From: a virus
Lineage: Duplodnaviria; Caudoviricetes
IMG/VR virus record: IMGVR_UViG_3300037264_001118
Coordinates: 1 to 51,019 of that record
DNA length: 51,019 nt
Direction: 5' to 3' (one strand)
Under the pieces are notes generated by a model. It was not told where the DNA came from and ran no database searches. It saw nothing but the letters and a program-made list of their open reading frames with translations. The translations under genes and the position numbers were made by a program. Shown here one piece after another: positions 26,117 through 34,622 of the stretch; the stretch's first letter is position 1; each line of letters begins with the position of its first letter.

Positions 26117-27049
26117 ATGGAAACCCGGAACGATGTTCACGCGCCAAGCCGGATCAACCCCGCCGATTATGAATACGTCGCGCAAGAGCATGTCAAATCC
26201 GAAGGCTTCGGGGGCTGTTTCTTCATGCTTCAGGAACGTAAGGTCTTCGAAATGCACAAGGCCAAGACGGGCGGCAACTGGTCCCACCACGCCCACGGCG
26301 GCAACTGCATGATTTGCGGATCGGTCAACGCTCTTTACACGGTGATTTATTACCACGCCCCGACCAATTCCTACATTCGCACGGGGCAAGATTGCGCGTC
26401 GAAGTTCGACACGGAACACGCGGACGCTTTCCGCATCTTCCGCGAAGCGTCCTTGGCCGCGACCCACGCGAAGGCGGGCAAGGCCAAGGCCCAAGGGCTG
26501 TTGAACGAACGCGGCTTGGGGGCCGCGTGGACGATTTATACCCTTATGGAAGAACTGAACCCCGAAGGCCCGCGCGTCCCGTGGGAAGAAACCACGATTA
26601 CCAACATTGTTGGGAAGCTGGTCAAGTACGGGTCGGCGTCCGACAAGCAATTTGATTTCGTCGGGGTGCTGTTGGGTAAGATCAACAACCGCGCGGCGTT
26701 GGCGGCGAAGAAGGCGGCGGACACGGCCCATATCAAGGATTGCCCCGAAGGTCGGATCGTCATTCGGGGCCGGGTTCTCACGGTCAAGCATCAAGAATCC
26801 GCTTTCAACGTGGACGGCATTTATAAAATGCTGGTCCAGCACGGGGACGGCTGGAAGGTTTGGGGCTCCGTGCCTAGCGCGCTGAACGTGGGCCGGGGCG
26901 ACGTGGTGGAGTTCAAGGGGACCGTGGAGCGGAGCAAGGACGACCCCAAGTTTGGCTTCTTCAAGCGTCCGGCTTGCGCGTCCGTGGTGGAAGCGGCCCC
27001 GGCTCCGGTTGCGGCGGCGGTTGTGGAAGGGGTGTCCAGCAATGGCTAA
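26117..27049 (+). CDS. Hypothetical protein with zinc motif and C-terminal OB-fold-like domain
   Basis: GGAGG RBS; CMICG...GQDC; GRVLTVK...GDVVEFKGTV..KRP. Confidence 0.7.
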   Translation: METRNDVHAPSRINPADYEYVAQEHVKSEGFGGCFFMLQERKVFEMHKAKTGGNWSHHAHGGNCMICGSVNALYTVIYYHAPTNSYIRTGQDCASKFDTEHADAFRIFREASLAATHAKAGKAKAQGLLNERGLGAAWTIYTLMEELNPEGPRVPWEETTITNIVGKLVKYGSASDKQFDFVGVLLGKINNRAALAAKKAADTAHIKDCPEGRIVIRGRVLTVKHQESAFNVDGIYKMLVQHGDGWKVWGSVPSALNVGRGDVVEFKGTVERSKDDPKFGFFKRPACASVVEAAPAPVAAAVVEGVSSNG

Positions 27050-27392
27050 ATCCCGAATCGAATTCGTGGCGGTCGTGGGGTCCGGCAACTTCCCTTGGGA
27101 CGGGCTCCGGTACGACTTCAGTTCCCCGGCGTCGGAGTTGGACACGCATAACATTATCGGCCCGGAACGCGGGTCGGACGCTTGGCTAGAAACCCGCGTT
27201 GTGGTCGTCAAGCGGATCGTCGCGCGGGACGTTGTGGGCGGGGACTGGACGCCCGCGCGTTGGGAGTCCTTCGGCTGGCGAATGGTTTTCGGCGGAACCA
27301 AAAACGGCTTCGACAACGAACACGACGCGCGCCGGGCGGGGGGTTTTCACGCGACCATGGAAACCATGAAAGCGAAAGGGTCGAAGTCGTGA
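27042..27392 (+). CDS. Hypothetical protein
   Basis: Overlap-coupled; GSGNFPWDGLRYD. Confidence 0.65.
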   Translation: MAKSRIEFVAVVGSGNFPWDGLRYDFSSPASELDTHNIIGPERGSDAWLETRVVVVKRIVARDVVGGDWTPARWESFGWRMVFGGTKNGFDNEHDARRAGGFHATMETMKAKGSKS

Positions 27393-27667
27393 TACCCGAA
27401 GAACTGGAAGCCTTGGTCCAAGGGGCCTTGTACCGCCCGAAACGGCGGTTCGTCGGAGTTCGCGGGAAAGTTTACCGCCACGCTTGCCGCGCGGAGATAT
27501 CCCGCCCCCTGTCGTGGGCCGTGTCCAATCAATGTTCGAACCGGATTACCCACAAGATCGGCGGGCGGGGATTCTGCAAGGTCCATTACGACCAGATTCT
27601 AAACGCTTACAAGGTTTCGCTTGTGCTGTTGGCCGAAGCCTATTCGTCCTTCGAAGTCGATTATTAG
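27389..27667 (+). CDS. Hypothetical zinc-finger-like protein
   Basis: GTGA overlap; C..QC..FCKVH. Confidence 0.55.
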   Translation: MIPEELEALVQGALYRPKRRFVGVRGKVYRHACRAEISRPLSWAVSNQCSNRITHKIGGRGFCKVHYDQILNAYKVSLVLLAEAYSSFEVDY

Positions 27668-27679
27668 GGAGCAACCGCC

Positions 27680-27841
27680 ATGCTTTGCGTGAACGTCAAT
27701 TGCACCACGGGCAAGGGCAAGCGGAAGGGGCGGCGGGCTACCTTCAGGAAGGCGAAGCCTTGGGCCAAATACTGTTCGCCCGCTTGCGGGTACGCCGTCC
27801 GGCAACTGGCCTATTATCATCGTGCGGCGAAGAATGGCTAA
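27680..27841 (+). CDS. Small basic Cys4 protein (53 aa)
   Basis: GGAG RBS; MLCVNVNC...KYCSPAC. Below the ORF track cutoff. Confidence 0.6.
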   Translation: MLCVNVNCTTGKGKRKGRRATFRKAKPWAKYCSPACGYAVRQLAYYHRAAKNG

Positions 27842-28208
27842 GACCCGATACGGCGTCGAAGTCAAGACGACACGCAAGCCCGGGGGCCATGAGTGGTTCA
27901 AATGCCCCGACGTGTCCGGCGAGTCTCACCGTACCCCATGCCGCTTTTGCGACGGGGGCCTTGGTTGGTGTATCCGTTGCGACGGGGCCGAAATCGAATT
28001 GACCAAGACTTGCCCCGGGCGTAAGTTGACACGGGAGGAACGCGCGGCAATCACGGACGGGCGGCTTAACTTCGTCAACGGTCGTTGGATTCGAAAGACT
28101 GTTGGGGCGCGTGGCGGAACGGCATACGCGGCGGTTTCAAAAACCGTTGGGCTTAACGCCCGTGGGGGTTCGAATCCCCCCGCGCCCACCAAACAGAAAA
28201 GGGATTGA
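27834..28208 (+). CDS. Cys-rich hypothetical protein; its 3' end reads through tRNA-Leu
   Basis: CRFCDGGLGWCIRCDGAE..CPGR; no stop before the tRNA. Confidence 0.6.
   Translation: MAKTRYGVEVKTTRKPGGHEWFKCPDVSGESHRTPCRFCDGGLGWCIRCDGAEIELTKTCPGRKLTREERAAITDGRLNFVNGRWIRKTVGARGGTAYAAVSKTVGLNARGGSNPPAPTKQKRD
28105..28191 (+). tRNA. trnL: tRNA-Leu(CAA)
   Basis: Acceptor gggcgcg/cgcgccc, anticodon arm gcggt-ttCAAaa-accgt, long variable arm, CCA. Confidence 0.95.
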
Positions 28209-28220
28209 TAGTAGGACCAT

Positions 28221-28296
28221 GGCCCCATCGTCTAGTGGACTAGGACGACGGCTTTTCAAGCCGTTAACCGGGGTTCGAATCCCCGTGGGGCTACCA
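28221..28296 (+). tRNA. trnE: tRNA-Glu(UUC)
   Basis: Acceptor ggcccca/tggggct, anticodon arm acggc-ttTTCaa-gccgt, T-loop ttcgaat, CCA. Confidence 0.95.
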
Positions 28297-28317
28297 ATTA
28301 TTTTTGGAGGGTAAAGC

Positions 28318-28575
28318 ATGAACGAAGACCAGTTCCGCGCGGAGTTGTTAGCCCGGTTTGATTTGATGATCGAAGGGCTAAAGACGGTCGTTGGGTATCT
28401 CCATTGCATTGATGCGAAGTTGCATGGGGCGATTGTCCCCACCCCGGAACACAAGGACGCGGTTCCGGCCATGGCTGTTCGCGTCGTGCAGGGGAAGGAA
28501 GACAAGGCCCGGCGGTTCGTCGGACACGCCGACCCGCTCCCCGTTCCCGATCCGGGGAAGAAAGGGAAGGGCTAG
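28318..28575 (+). CDS. Hypothetical protein
   Basis: GGAGG RBS. Confidence 0.6.
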   Translation: MNEDQFRAELLARFDLMIEGLKTVVGYLHCIDAKLHGAIVPTPEHKDAVPAMAVRVVQGKEDKARRFVGHADPLPVPDPGKKGKG

Positions 28576-28578
28576 GCC

Positions 28579-28770
28579 GTGGACCTTCCCCCCGTTAATT
28601 GCCCGCTTTGCGGGAAGCGAACAACCGAATACTGTTCGACGCTGGCTTGCCGGGCGTGTCACAAGTCGTTGACCTTGGAGAAATGCCTAGACGACGCGGA
28701 CGCTTATTTCAGAAAGCGGGAACCGGAGTTGTGGGCCTTGAACCAAGCCCGTTTGAAGGGGAAAACCTAG
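28579..28770 (+). CDS. Small Cys-rich protein
   Basis: CPLC...C...CRAC; tight packing. Confidence 0.55.
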   Translation: MDLPPVNCPLCGKRTTEYCSTLACRACHKSLTLEKCLDDADAYFRKREPELWALNQARLKGKT

Positions 28771-28903
28771 TCCTGCATGTCATTAGGGTAAGGGGTGTAT
28801 GGGGGTGGGTTGCTTCGTGTATAAATACATTTATTATTTAATATAATTACTATATTCCTTGACCCTTGATCCACCCCCCTATACCCTCCCCCTTTGTGAC
28901 ATG
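28771..28903. other. AT-core element flanked by inverted repeats, copy B
   Basis: catgtca...tgacatg ends, complementary G-rich and C-rich arms, and a core shared with copy A. Confidence 0.6.
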
Positions 28904-28929
28904 GGCATTTTAATAGGAAAGGAAATCGT

Positions 28930-29181
28930 ATGGCCCGGCCCAAAGGTTCTTCTTCGGTAGGGGTTGCCCTGCCTTGCGGTTGTTGCGCGACGGTCAATCC
29001 CAAAACGTATTGGAAGGTTCGTCGTATGCCCGCCGGGGCTAGGTTATGCTTGGTCCATAACCGCGTGTTCGTGTTGACGTGGCGCGAAGTATCGTTCAAG
29101 GACTTGGGGCGCATCGTGGAAGGGGCCAACCGTGGCGAAACCAAAAGGCGGGTCGTCGTGCGTCGGCCCGTTTCGTCTTGA
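28930..29181 (+). CDS. Hypothetical protein
   Basis: aaagga RBS; LPCGC..CLVH; C-terminal KRRVVVRR. Confidence 0.55.
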   Translation: MARPKGSSSVGVALPCGCCATVNPKTYWKVRRMPAGARLCLVHNRVFVLTWREVSFKDLGRIVEGANRGETKRRVVVRRPVSS

Positions 29182-29365
29182 GTTTATCGCGCACAAGGGC
29201 GGAAGCGACTTTAATACCCTGTTCCGTTGCCTTCAACCCGGATGCGGTAACAGGGTCCAAATCCCTTTGGCCCGGGACACGGGATACCCCACGCCCCCGC
29301 TTGGCCGCATGTACTGGCTACGGATGAAAGGGGACGAACTGGAAATCATGGAAGCCTATACCTAG
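29132..29365 (+). CDS. Hypothetical protein
   Basis: GTG start with a purine-rich RBS; overlaps the upstream gene. Confidence 0.4.
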   Translation: MAKPKGGSSCVGPFRLEFIAHKGGSDFNTLFRCLQPGCGNRVQIPLARDTGYPTPPLGRMYWLRMKGDELEIMEAYT

Positions 29366-29476
29366 TTAATGGCATGGTTGGGCAATCCCGACTAATAACC
29401 ACGGATGGGGGGTCCAAGGCCCTAAATCGCCGGAAATCACTTGCTTTGACGCCGACGCGCGCGCCATACTAGGGAT

Positions 29477-29953
29477 ATGGCTTCGTCCAACGCGGCCCGG
29501 CGGCTTCCTTCAGAGAAGGGGCCTACGGTTGTTGAGCAACCGAAGGAACAATCCCGCATAGCGAACTTGAAGGGGCATGGTTTCAAGCCGGGTCAATCGG
29601 GCAATCCCAACGGTAGACCCAAAGGGAGTACGACCCGGGAACTAATCGTCCGGTCCTTCTTCGATCTACTGCTACAAAAAGCCCACGGCGCGGACGTGCC
29701 TTACCTTGAAGTAATGATGCAAAAGGTAATGCAATCCGAACACTTGCTTTCAAAGTTCTTAGACAAGCTGTTGCCTAGCATGACCACGGACCAAACAAGT
29801 TTGGTTTTCAACAACTTCGAAAGCATATTGGCCCAAGTCAACGCGCAACGGTCGGCCTTGGGCGTCGTGCAATCCCCGCCCCCGCTCCCGGTCGTGGACA
29901 TGACCACGCCCGAACCGGAGTTGGAGCCCCTTACCCGTAAGGGAGGGGGATAG
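29477..29953 (+). CDS. terS: Terminase small subunit (DUF5681-type)
   Basis: NLK..FKPGQSGNPNGRPKG motif, directly upstream of TerL. Confidence 0.75.
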   Translation: MASSNAARRLPSEKGPTVVEQPKEQSRIANLKGHGFKPGQSGNPNGRPKGSTTRELIVRSFFDLLLQKAHGADVPYLEVMMQKVMQSEHLLSKFLDKLLPSMTTDQTSLVFNNFESILAQVNAQRSALGVVQSPPPLPVVDMTTPEPELEPLTRKGGG

Positions 29954-29959
29954 CGTTAA

Positions 29960-31717
29960 ATGGAACAGGGGGGAACGGTCAAGCGTCGGGTCGTGGTACG
30001 TCGGGGCGTTCGTCCCATCGTCCCCGCCCCTGTCCCCATCGTTCCACAAATCCGGGGCATGGTGGACCCTAACTTCGTAGAGAACTTGACCCACGAAGGC
30101 AAGTACATAGAGCGTTTACTAATGATCCGTGATAAGCGTGGGTCGGTAATCCAATTCAATTTGAATCCGGTTCAACGCCGGATCATGGAAGTAAGAAAAC
30201 AGATTCGCGCATCCGGTAAACGCATCCGGCTTTTGATTCTCAAGTCCCGGCGACAGGGCGTAACGACTTTGGAGCAAGCCCTATCGTTCAAGGGCGTTGC
30301 GTCGGAGAACAACTATCAAGCCTTGACGCTGGCCCACAACGACAAGGCCACGGAAAAGATTTTCCGAATCGCAAACATGTTTTACGAATTCCTTCGGGAA
30401 GACTATAAGCCCCGTCGCTTGACCGCATCGAACAAGCGCGACCTAAACTTCCCCGACCTTCATTCCCTGTTCAGCATTGGGACGGCTGGCGGTCGTGGTA
30501 CTGGTCGAAGCGAAACCCTAAACAAGTTCCATTGGTCCGAAGTGGCATGGAGCCCGGGGACCAAGGAAGACCAGCGCGAACTACTGGCCGGACTCACGGA
30601 AGCCGCATCCCACGGCGAAGGCACGTTGGAAACGACGGCCAACGGCGTTGGGGATTTGTTCCATGAAAAGTTCGTTGAAGCCATGCGGGGCGGCAACGAA
30701 TGGACGGCCTTGTTTTTCCCGTGGTGGGCCGACCCCACGTACCGGGAGCCCGCCAAGCCCGAAGAATGCGCGTACATCATGGCGAACCTAACCGAAGAAG
30801 AAGCCCGGTTGGTTAGTCGCCATGGCTTAGACGCGCTCCAAATCAAATGGCGTCGGGCTCAAATGCGGGAACTTGGACGGCTGTTCCAACAGGAGTACCC
30901 GGAGGATTGGGAAACCTGTTTCATTGTGTCCGGCCAATCCTTTTTCGAAAAAGCAATCATCAACGACCTATTCCAGTCGGCGCGCGACCCCATCGAAGAA
31001 CGTTGGAACGGCGACCTTCGTATATGGACGCGGCCCATTCCCGGTCGTCGCTATATCATCGGCGCGGACGTGGCCGAAGGCATCAAGGGCGGCAATTGGT
31101 CCATGGCCGGATTCTTGGACGCCGAATCAGGGGAGCAAGTCGCGGCCTTGCGTGGGCATTGGACCCCGGAAGAGTTCGCCCGGCGCATGGTGTTAATCGC
31201 CCATGAGTACAGCGGCGAGAATAACGCCGAATACCCCTTGCTTGCCGTCGAACGAAACAACCACGGCCATTCCTGCCTAAACACTTTGGCGAACACGTAC
31301 AATTACCCCAACCTTTACTATCATCGGGAGTACGACGCCCGGGGCAAGGAAGCCCCCACGCTTGGCTTTCCCACCACGCCCAAGACCCGGCCTATCATGC
31401 TGGACGATCTACGGGAAGCCGTCGAAAAGCGGTACATGGTCGCCCATGATCGGATCATGCTTGACGAATGCCGGACGTTCGGCCCCAACGACCGGGGCAA
31501 GTATGAAGCCCTGAACGACGCCGAAGACGATACGATTTTCGGTTGGGGCATTGCTTGGCAAATCCGGCAAGCGTCCGTCCGCCGTGGGGAAGCGTCAATA
31601 TCCCCGTCCTATGAAGCGTCCATGCAAGCCGCGCAATCCGCGCGGGTCTTCCCGTCCGGGGGGATGGAACCTATGACGGTTGGTTCCCTTAACCAAACGC
31701 CCGGGAGGATTTTCTAA
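29960..31717 (+). CDS. terL: Terminase large subunit
   Basis: LNPVQ, ILKSRRQGVTT, HWSE and ETTANG ATPase motifs. GADVAEG, VERNNHG and DDTI nuclease motifs. Confidence 0.95.
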   Translation: MEQGGTVKRRVVVRRGVRPIVPAPVPIVPQIRGMVDPNFVENLTHEGKYIERLLMIRDKRGSVIQFNLNPVQRRIMEVRKQIRASGKRIRLLILKSRRQGVTTLEQALSFKGVASENNYQALTLAHNDKATEKIFRIANMFYEFLREDYKPRRLTASNKRDLNFPDLHSLFSIGTAGGRGTGRSETLNKFHWSEVAWSPGTKEDQRELLAGLTEAASHGEGTLETTANGVGDLFHEKFVEAMRGGNEWTALFFPWWADPTYREPAKPEECAYIMANLTEEEARLVSRHGLDALQIKWRRAQMRELGRLFQQEYPEDWETCFIVSGQSFFEKAIINDLFQSARDPIEERWNGDLRIWTRPIPGRRYIIGADVAEGIKGGNWSMAGFLDAESGEQVAALRGHWTPEEFARRMVLIAHEYSGENNAEYPLLAVERNNHGHSCLNTLANTYNYPNLYYHREYDARGKEAPTLGFPTTPKTRPIMLDDLREAVEKRYMVAHDRIMLDECRTFGPNDRGKYEALNDAEDDTIFGWGIAWQIRQASVRRGEASISPSYEASMQAAQSARVFPSGGMEPMTVGSLNQTPGRIF

Positions 31718-31718
31718 G

Positions 31719-33227
31719 ATGGGTCTTCGAAACTGGCTTGGATTTGGTAGCGGTACGGCCCTTGCCCATACGCCGGACGCACTAACCCCCGCCCCCGCCG
31801 AAGGTTCGTTGCTCCATCAATTCTTCGGGGATTCAAAAGTCTTAGGGGACGCAATCAAGTTGTTGGGCGTCTTCAATCCGCGCGAAGTGGGAACGCGGAC
31901 GCGGTTGTTGATGCGTTGTGACCCCGACGTTGCCTTTGGGCTGGCAATCCTCCGGGCTCCGATCATCAACATGAACTATGCCGTTGAATCCAACGACCCG
32001 GAAATTGCGGCGTTCGTCAAGGCCGCGCTTCGTCCCGTCTATCGCAAATTGGCGACGGGTCAAAGCATGTCGTTACACTTCGGACGCCAGCTATCCGAAA
32101 AGGTTTGGGAAACGGGGCCGTTCACCGTCACGGATCAAAGCGACGTGACCGGGGATAAGACGACCAAGACTTACCCGAACGCTTGGACCTATCACGACTT
32201 CAAGGCGATTGATCCGCGTTCCTACGTCCTGTTGATTGACAGGGAAAAGGACCAGTTCGGGGGCGTCCAACAGAATACGCCCAAGGTCGGCGCGGAAGCA
32301 CGTCCCCCGGTCGGGCCGGAAAAGGTCGTCCTATGGTCCTTCCGCAAGGAAGAAGTTTGGGGACACTTGGACGGCTTCCCCATGTCCGATCAATGTTATG
32401 AACCGTGGTGGGGCAAAGCGGCCACGAACCTTTTTTGTAATCGGTACTTCGAACGCAAGGCCGACCCCGCATACAAGGCAATCGCGGATTCCCAAATCCA
32501 ATTGGGTAACGGGCAAAAGGGCGACGGCTTCGCGTTCATCATGCAAGCCATTCTTGGCTTGAAGGGCGGCGGGGTAATCGCGCTTCCCAACAAACGCGAC
32601 CAAGTAGGCAACCTATTGTTTGACGTTCAACCCTTGGCCGACGACAAACGCGGCGACATGTTCCAACAGCGGTTGGACGGCTTTTCCCAACAAATCCTTC
32701 GGGGCCTTTGGATTACGGACAAGGCCGGAACGTCGGACGGGACGGGCTCCCTTGCCATGGCGGAAGTCCACGCCGAAACCATGTCGTCCATGATGCAAGG
32801 CATCCTTAACGAATGGTTGGACGACGTGGTTAACCCGCAAGTCGTCAACCCCTTGGTCCTATACAACTTCGGACCCGAAGCCCTGAAGAACAGCCAAACC
32901 CGGTTGGTTTCCGGCGGGCTGTCGTCCGGTACGAAAGACCTTTTCAAAACCCTGTTGGTTCAGTTGCTCCAATCGGAACAGTTGACGGACGGGGGCGGCA
33001 AGGTCACGTTGGCCGACCGGATCGACGGCGTTTCTTTGCTTCAGGAATTGGGCGTCAAGATGCGTAGCGCGGAAGAACTGGAAGAGATATCCAAGGCGAA
33101 GGCGGCACGGGTTCCCGACATTGACCCGGGCGCGCCCGCGCGCGAGAGTGACGAAGAACCCAACGACGAAGAGATTGCGGACGAACTGATTAAGAAGGGC
33201 GTGATGGAGGGGGACGAAGTGGAATAG
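31719..33227 (+). CDS. Portal protein (DUF935/Mu gp29-like)
   Basis: Follows TerL; ~500 aa; GSLAMAEVH..VVNPLVLYNFG pattern. Confidence 0.85.
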   Translation: MGLRNWLGFGSGTALAHTPDALTPAPAEGSLLHQFFGDSKVLGDAIKLLGVFNPREVGTRTRLLMRCDPDVAFGLAILRAPIINMNYAVESNDPEIAAFVKAALRPVYRKLATGQSMSLHFGRQLSEKVWETGPFTVTDQSDVTGDKTTKTYPNAWTYHDFKAIDPRSYVLLIDREKDQFGGVQQNTPKVGAEARPPVGPEKVVLWSFRKEEVWGHLDGFPMSDQCYEPWWGKAATNLFCNRYFERKADPAYKAIADSQIQLGNGQKGDGFAFIMQAILGLKGGGVIALPNKRDQVGNLLFDVQPLADDKRGDMFQQRLDGFSQQILRGLWITDKAGTSDGTGSLAMAEVHAETMSSMMQGILNEWLDDVVNPQVVNPLVLYNFGPEALKNSQTRLVSGGLSSGTKDLFKTLLVQLLQSEQLTDGGGKVTLADRIDGVSLLQELGVKMRSAEELEEISKAKAARVPDIDPGAPARESDEEPNDEEIADELIKKGVMEGDEVE

Positions 33228-33394
33228 CGATTCGCTTAGACCCCTGCCCATGTCCCACAATTGGGATACTGCCCTACTTATCCGCCAGCCGGATAGGGCG
33301 TAACAAACATTACGGGACCGGACAGGGGTTTAAGCGGATCGGGCAACCTTCGGCCTTGTGGCCGGAAAGAGTTGCAGTATTAGGGCGAAAGCCC
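33228..33394 (+). ncRNA. Putative structured RNA in the intergenic region after the portal gene
   Basis: ~22-bp closing stem with G-U pairs enclosing three hairpins, then two more hairpins. Confidence 0.5.
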
Positions 33395-33424
33395 AACGAT
33401 CCGACGATTGGAAAGGCGGCAACC

Positions 33425-34066
33425 ATGGGTCGCGTCAAATTCTTGGGGCTCCGCGCGGTCGGGGCCATTCGCTTGAATGCGAATCCGGCGGACGGCGAAA
33501 CCGTGACCATTGGCCCGGTCCCGGCGGTCGGCGGCGTGACCGGAAAGCGTTTTGAGTTCGACAACAACGCGGCGGTTACGGCTGGCAACATCCTTGTTAC
33601 CATTGGCGGTTCGGCGGCTTTGTCCGCTATCGCCCTTCGGGACAAGATCAACACGAACAAGCCGACCCCCGTTGGCATCACGGCGGAAATCGACCCCGTG
33701 GATACGTCCACGGTTCGCTTGTACGCCGACGCTCCGGGCGCGGGCGGCAATCTCGCGCTGGCGGACACGGGCGCGGCCATTGACGTTTCTTCCGCCGTTA
33801 TGACGGGCGGCGAAGGGTCCGGCAACCAGACGTTGCATCGTGGCGAACACGTCGTTACGGCGTTGGACGTGGCGGCGGGTAACGTGATGATTGACACGGG
33901 CCTTTCGGGTCCGCGATTCCCGCAAGTCGATTGCTTCAGCGCGGCGGGCCTTCAGAAAGCCCTTACGTCGTTGGTTATCGTCGTCGGTTCGAAAATCCAA
34001 CTGGACTTCGACGGGGCCACGAACCCCGTTGCGGGCGACAAGATTTCGTGGGGAGCCTACGAATAA
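33425..34066 (+). CDS. Putative virion structural/decoration protein
   Basis: Ala/Gly/Thr-rich; NPADGETVTIG...FEFD. Confidence 0.65.
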   Translation: MGRVKFLGLRAVGAIRLNANPADGETVTIGPVPAVGGVTGKRFEFDNNAAVTAGNILVTIGGSAALSAIALRDKINTNKPTPVGITAEIDPVDTSTVRLYADAPGAGGNLALADTGAAIDVSSAVMTGGEGSGNQTLHRGEHVVTALDVAAGNVMIDTGLSGPRFPQVDCFSAAGLQKALTSLVIVVGSKIQLDFDGATNPVAGDKISWGAYE

Positions 34067-34145
34067 GGTTTGGGTGGCGCGGGGGGCTAACGGCCTAGGC
34101 TTGTTAAACCGAAGGCCGTTGGCCCCCTGTTGTAGGGCTTAAAAC

Positions 34146-34604
34146 ATGGGCCAAGACCAGTCACTTGAACGCGGCGTCGAAAGTGTCGGGGAAATGCGGA
34201 AGGTTTCGTATCCCCAACATAGAGATACCCTGTTTGCCCATTTCAACCAGTTCGTCTATCGGTTCAACGTGGGTTCGAACGGGGCCGACGATGGGGATAC
34301 GGTCGTCAAGCCGGACACAACCCACCCCTTGCAACCCGGACGGTGGGAAAAGACGCCCATTGGGGCGGCTGGCGGGGGAGGGGGCGGAACCTTTGTCGAA
34401 AACGAATTCACGGCAACCGCCGCGCAAACCGTGTTCACTTTGTCGCAAGCCTTCGCGCTTGCGGGTTTGTCCATCTTGTTTATCAACGGCGTAGGGTACG
34501 CGGAGGGTGCGGAGTACACGATTGCCGGGACCACGCTTACTTGGTTGGATGTTCCCTTCGCTTTGGAAGCGGGGGACCGTGTTGTTGTGAAATTCCAAAC
34601 GTAA
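34146..34604 (+). CDS. Fibre/adaptor protein
   Basis: Tailspike-like N-terminal DDGDTVV..GRW domain, poly-Gly linker and a TATAAQTVFTL..INGV domain. Confidence 0.65.
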   Translation: MGQDQSLERGVESVGEMRKVSYPQHRDTLFAHFNQFVYRFNVGSNGADDGDTVVKPDTTHPLQPGRWEKTPIGAAGGGGGGTFVENEFTATAAQTVFTLSQAFALAGLSILFINGVGYAEGAEYTIAGTTLTWLDVPFALEAGDRVVVKFQT

Positions 34605-34622
34605 TAGGAAAGGGCTGAACGA

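Noticed and set aside
28105-28296. tRNAs as attP or prophage boundary
   Set aside because: No integrase, no host genes and no duplicated tRNA 3' end.
28898-33254. 10-bp inverted match gacatgggca (28898) / tgcccatgtc (33245)
   Set aside because: Too short to distinguish from chance in 51 kb without further copies.
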